Notes under the pieces: generated by a model
Database searches by the model: none
The model's input: only the letters and a program-made list of their open reading frames with translations
What the model was told of the DNA's origin: nothing
Translations under genes and position numbers: made by a program
Shown here: positions 8,427 to 13,005 of the stretch, one piece after another
Layout: the number at the start of each line of letters is the position of its first letter
Numbering within the stretch: the first letter of the stretch is position 1
Assembly: GCF_006345805.1 (NCBI RefSeq)
Contig: NW_021826374.1
Coordinates: 1-13,005 of the forward strand
Source of the DNA: Octopus sinensis
Taxonomy: Eukaryota
Length of the DNA: 13,005 bases
Direction: 5' to 3'

Positions 8427-8690
8427 TGTATGTATGTATGTATGTATGTGTGTATGTATATATGTATGTAATAATATACACATATGTACATACATGTATA
8501 TATATACACTTAATATACCCATAAGTATATACATGTATATACATGTATGTGTGCGTGTGTACACATATAAAAACATATAGGTATATATGTGTGTGTGTGT
8601 ATATATATATTATATATATATAGATATGTACACACATACATACATACATACATACACACAAGGGCGCATATATACCTACATACACATAAG
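8284..8690. repeat. Compound microsatellite TG/TA/(TATG)n/(CATA)n
   Basis: Direct reading. Confidence 0.95.
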
Positions 8691-8736
8691 TTTGTGAAAA
8701 TCATTATCTGCGATTACAGAAAGGCTAGATAGAGAG

Positions 8737-8899
8737 GTAGCTATGGAGCTACATTTCATTTCTATCGTGGCTTTTCTCTATTCACTGGCGTGTCCAAGAA
8801 AGTAAAACTGGGCCCAAGTCCCAAGAGCCGGAATAAAAGAAGACTTATGTTGTTATGTTGATGCCGTTGGATGTTAAATATGCATACGAACAACTCGAG
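8737..8899 (-). repeat. Right arm of long inverted repeat (pairs with 7236-7392)
   Basis: gtagctatggagctacatttcatttctat ... ttatgttgttatgttgatgccgttggatgttaaatatgcatacgaacaactcgag. Confidence 0.9.
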
Positions 8900-9126
8900 A
8901 CTGAAGAATTGAACAATAATGTTTAGTGATAGTCATGTGAATGAGCGAACCGGTATGAATTCTATCTTTGACCAAGACAAATATTTCTCGACTGTGAAGT
9001 TGGGTTCACTGTAAATAATAAATAGGTTTATTATGTCTGTACAACTTCGTTTAGTTTGTTGTATTACGTTGAAATCCCAATATAGTACCCAAAAGGTACT
9101 TACAAAAGGGTACAGAAACGTTCCGT

Positions 9127-9164
9127 TATGATAATTATGATAATTATGATAATTATGATAATTA
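9127..9164. repeat. (TATGATAAT)4 perfect 9-mer tandem repeat
   Basis: Four exact units immediately 5' of SINE A2. Confidence 0.9.
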
Positions 9165-9335
9165 GGCGCAGGAGTGGCTGTGTGGTAAGTAGCTTGCTTA
9201 CGAACCACATGGTTCGGAGTTCAGTCCCACTGCGTGGCACACCTGGGGAAGTATCTTCTACTATAGCTTCGGGCCGACCAAAGCCTTCGAGTGGATTTGG
9301 TGGACGAAAACTGAAGAAGCCCGTCCGTATATATA

Positions 9336-9369
<34 letters not shown>

Positions 9370-9616
9370 TATATATATTATATATATATAATATATTATA
9401 TATATATTTGTGTTTGTGTTTGTCCCCCACCCCACCTCAACATCGCTTGACAACGATGCTGGTATGTTTACGTCCCCGTAACTTATCGGTTCGGCAAAAG
9501 AGACCGATAGAATAAGTACAAGGCTTACGAAGAATACGTCCACGGGTCGATTTGCTCGACTAAAGGCTGTGCTCTAGCATGGCCGCAGTCAAATGACTGA
9601 AACAAATAAAAGAGTA
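9165..9616 (+). mobile_element. tRNA-derived SINE family A copy 2 (full length with internal microsatellite)
   Basis: ggcgcaggagtggctgtgtggtaagtagc (box A), ggagttcagtccc (box B), internal (TA)n at about 9328-9408, 3' module ending tgactgaaacaaataaaagagta. Confidence 0.9.
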
Positions 9617-10047
9617 TATTTCATATATTGCAGTTTTCTTTGGGTTTTTCTTAACCTGTAAAAGAAATCGTAAGATTGGGCTTCCAACTAAGCCTTTCGC
9701 GATATCCTTAAAGCCAGGAACTTTTTAGCACCCCTTCGTACATTTTATTGAGAGGACAGGATTCAGAAAATGATTACCAAGTTCGATGGCATATATATCG
9801 CACGATTTTCCAAAATTACGCCTCAAAAATATCACAAACGTCCTATGTGCAAAGTTGGGCTTCACATATCCTTTAATACACTAATTTTTTTCTGTTTTCC
9901 TTAATATGCGCCGCTAAAATTGAGATGTCTAATAGGCCCGTAGTCTATGGTAGCTGTTGTTATTTTATTCCTTTATGAAAACGAAACACGTTGTGGCAAG
10001 ACGTTTGGAAACGAGTGAAATAACCAGTTTCGCGTAGAATATCGACC

Positions 10048-10240
10048 GAAGAAGAAGAAGAAGAAGAAGAAGAAGAAGAAGAAGAAGAAGAAGAAGAAGA
10101 AGAAGATGGAGGAGGAGGAAAGGGGAGGAGAAGGAGGAGGAGGTGGATGAGGAGGAGGTGGTGGTGGAGGAGGAGGAGGAAGTTGACATTAACGTCGGAA
10201 AGACGAAGACGACGGCGACGAGAATGATGATGATGAGGCC
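10048..10240. repeat. (GAA)n about 19 perfect units followed by degenerate GGA/GGT/GAC/GAT triplets
   Basis: Direct reading; perfect GAA run at 10048-10105. Confidence 0.95.
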
Positions 10241-10829
10241 AGCCACGAAATGTAATCGATGTTATATATTTATCACTATTTGCAGTGTTTCGAAGAGCAT
10301 TGTTAGAGTTTCTCCACATGAAACAGAGTTGCAAGGCAAAAAGAAAAAAAAGAATCTGTGTCAGCTAAAATTATCCGAGAATTAATAGCTAAAAACTTCC
10401 TCTAGACGTGCTTGAAATCATAAACAAAAGCAAGGGAAATAACTCCCGTAATGTAAATTTGTGGACAACTTATATTGTCAGATAAATCCATTCGTTTTTT
10501 TTCCTTTATATTTTTAATCTTTTCCAATATTATTTCAAAAAGGGGAAAATATTTTTTTATCGTATGTTTTATGCCGTTTTGAAACACTATTCTTCCTCTA
10601 CAACTTCAAATTTGTTTTAAAAATTTGAATAAATTTAATCGCATTTCAAATATATGACGATGAAGTGCCATGTAGAAAAAACGAACGAATTTATCTGACA
10701 ACCTCATAGAAACAATTAATATTGGATCGTATCTGGTCTTTAAAGCAATTAACGTTCATGTACAATGTTAGTCGCCCATAAAAAATGTTACAAAAATCCT
10801 AGTCCACGCCTGCAACTGGTATATCTCAG

Positions 10830-10969
10830 ATGCTATTCCACAGTCTCACATGACCAAAGAATGTGCGAATAGAATGAAAGTTGACGACAGTACAGTGACA
10901 ACAACAGAAAGAATCATCAACAAAGGAGTTAAGTTCGAAACCGTATCCATTCGTCCATTAAATCAATAC
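10830..10969 (+). CDS. Candidate coding exon ...DAIPQSHMTKECANRMKVDDSTVTTTERIINKGVKFETVSIRPLNQY (5' boundary uncertain)
   Basis: Stop-free, complex, protein-like frame from 10772 to the donor TAC|GTATGT at 10970. Possible acceptors end at 10771, 10802, 10829 and 10843. Product not recognised. Confidence 0.4.
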
Positions 10970-10996
10970 GTATGTATCGATAATTGAAGCCTATTT

Positions 10997-11210
10997 AGGG
11001 CAACTAGCTGGCAGAATCGTTAGCACGACAGGTAAAATGCTTAGCGGCATTACGTCTGTCTTTACCTGCTGAGATCAAATTCCGCCAGGGTTGTTTTTGC
11101 CTTTCATCTTTTTAGGGTCGATGAAATAAGTACCAGTTGAGCCCTTGGGTCGATGTAATCCACTTAGTCCATCCGCCGAAATTGCTGGCCTTGTGCCAAA
11201 ATTTGAAACC
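10997..11210 (+). mobile_element. SINE family B copy 10 (full length)
   Basis: agctggcagaatcgttagcacg ... gcttagcggcatt ... gcctttcatctttttagggtcgatgaaataagtaccagttgagc ... gctggccttgtgccaaaatttgaaa. Confidence 0.9.
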
Positions 11211-11249
11211 CAAATTTAAAACCTGTTACGTCTTGCTCCTGTGGAAATG

Positions 11250-12030
11250 AATTCATCCTCATCATCATCACCCACCTCATTCTCCTCATTCTCATCATCA
11301 TAACCGCCATTAGTCTTCTCCTCTTCCTCCTCATCTTCTTCATCGTAACCTTCATTTTCTTCTCCTCCTCCTCAACATCATCAAATCATCATCAATATCA
11401 TAGCAATCATGATAAACATCATCGTCACAATCATCATCATCGTCATCATTAGAATGCATCCCGTCCTCATCTTGATTGTCGTTGCCGCTGAGATCATAAT
11501 CTTCCTCATCATAAATGCCTTCATTATCCCCATAATCCTTCTTAGACTTATTTTCGTCGCAGTTATTATCATCATCATCATCACCATCATCAATATTTTG
11601 ATCATCATCATCATCAGCAGCAGCATGATTATGGATGTCCCCAACCAAGACATTATCCCATAATTTTCCTTCATTTTTCTTCTCTTCATCTCAACGGCCT
11701 TCGTCAGCACCGCCACTGCCACACCACAACCACCACCACCAACACCACCAACCACCACCACCATCATCATCATCATCTTCTGTGTCACCATTACCATCAT
11801 TATCTACAAAGACATTTTTTACATAATTTAATTCAATTCTTCTTCTTGTTCTTCTTGCTCTACTTCTTGTTTTCGTTGTTATTGTTGTTGTTGTTCTTCT
11901 TGTTCTTCTTCTTCTTGTTCTTCTTCTTCTTCTTCTTCTCCTTCTTCTTTTTCTTCTTCTTTTTCTTCTTCTTCATCGTCATCATCATCATCATCATCAT
12001 CAATCATGCTACAATTATCATCAGCGTTAT
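11250..12030. repeat. Degenerate triplet low-complexity region (CAT/CAC/CTT/GTT)
   Basis: Direct reading; gives poly-M, poly-D, poly-I and poly-F pseudo-ORFs. Confidence 0.9.
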
Positions 12031-12197
12031 TCCCATCGTTTTCATCAATTCTTCCTCAATTCTTCATTGGGACAGAAATCAACAAACGAAGTTAACTATT
12101 ACAACCATCACCTACGGGCTTGTCGCTTCCCGGGGGCTGCCATTTATTGCAAAACTTCAACAGCGCAATCTACAAAGCACTGTATCATTTATGAAAT

Positions 12198-12539
12198 TAT
12201 ATGTGTGTGTATGTGTGTGTGTGTGTGTGTGTACGTATATTTATACATACATGGACACATACACGTAGGTGCACACATTTAAATAATACACACACCACCA
12301 CACACACACACACTAATATATATATATATATATAGATATATATATATATATAGATATATATATATACATATATATATATATGGATGGATGGATGGAGTGA
12401 TGGAGGAATACACACATAAGCGCATATAGATATATTTACAAATCCATATATAAATAATATATATGCATGTATGTATATATATGTATATATATGTATGTAT
12501 ATAGATATATAATATATATATATATATGTATATATATCA

Positions 12540-12571
<32 letters not shown>

Positions 12572-12800
12572 CATACATATACGTATTTTATATATAATGT
12601 ACATAGACATATATATGCACAGACACACACAAAAAGACGTGTGCGTATCCACACACGCACACATGTATATACACACACAAAGATATATATATATATATAC
12701 CATATATATCAATGAGACAGAGTCCCAGAGAGAGAGGGAAGACAAAGTGAGAGAGAGGGGGACAAAGAGAAGTAGAGACAAACCGTCTGAGAAAGAGGGT
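12198..12800. repeat. Compound microsatellite TG/CA/TA/GGAT, followed by a GA-rich tract
   Basis: Direct reading. Confidence 0.9.
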
Positions 12801-13005
12801 AAAAATCAAGTGGGGAAAAAACAGAGAGCGAAAATGCGTAAATTGAGAAGGGTAAAACGAAGGAAGACTACTGCAGATTTTTGTTGAGTTGCGATGGAGT
12901 GATGAGCTAATATTTCAGATGCTGATGATGGATAAATTCTTGGACGTTTGCTGACGTTTACGATCCGTCTGTCGGGAATTGGATACAAATAAGCTTCACT
13001 AGCTA

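Noticed and set aside
9165-9235. tRNA-like box A/box B sequences as tRNA genes (also at 3380, 4628, 5262 and 10997)
   Set aside because: No complete cloverleaf; each continues into SINE body and tail, so they are SINE heads.
9700-9740. actttttagcacccc motif reminiscent of a Tc1/mariner TIR end
   Set aside because: No matching inverted partner, TA target duplication or transposase fragment was found.
11352-11648. Asp-rich minus-strand ORF resembling an acidic biomineralisation protein
   Set aside because: It lies wholly within a degenerate (CAT)n tract, and the other frames give equally long poly-M and poly-I ORFs. There is no signal peptide or splice support.

Overview
AT-rich, very repeat-dense eukaryotic (metazoan) genomic DNA. 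It most resembles octopus/coleoid cephalopod sequence; this is inferred from the SINE types and microsatellite load, not from a marker gene. Much of the window is compound microsatellite, and essentially all ORFs in the supplied track are translation artefacts of those repeats or of SINEs. Two tRNA-derived SINE families are present: family A (3 copies, CORE-like 5' half, internal microsatellite) and family B (10 copies or fragments, seven of them head-to-tail at about 4628-6436). The most notable non-SINE elements are a minimal hammerhead ribozyme motif in a Penelope-like remnant (2541-2584) and a ~157-bp, ~89%-identical inverted repeat pair (7236-7392 / 8737-8899). Several short + strand exon candidates (best: 4232-4259, 3929-3999, ~10830-10969, 7681-7719) suggest the window may lie inside a multi-exon gene of unrecognised product. 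No prokaryotic features, CRISPR, rRNA or intact tRNA genes were seen.
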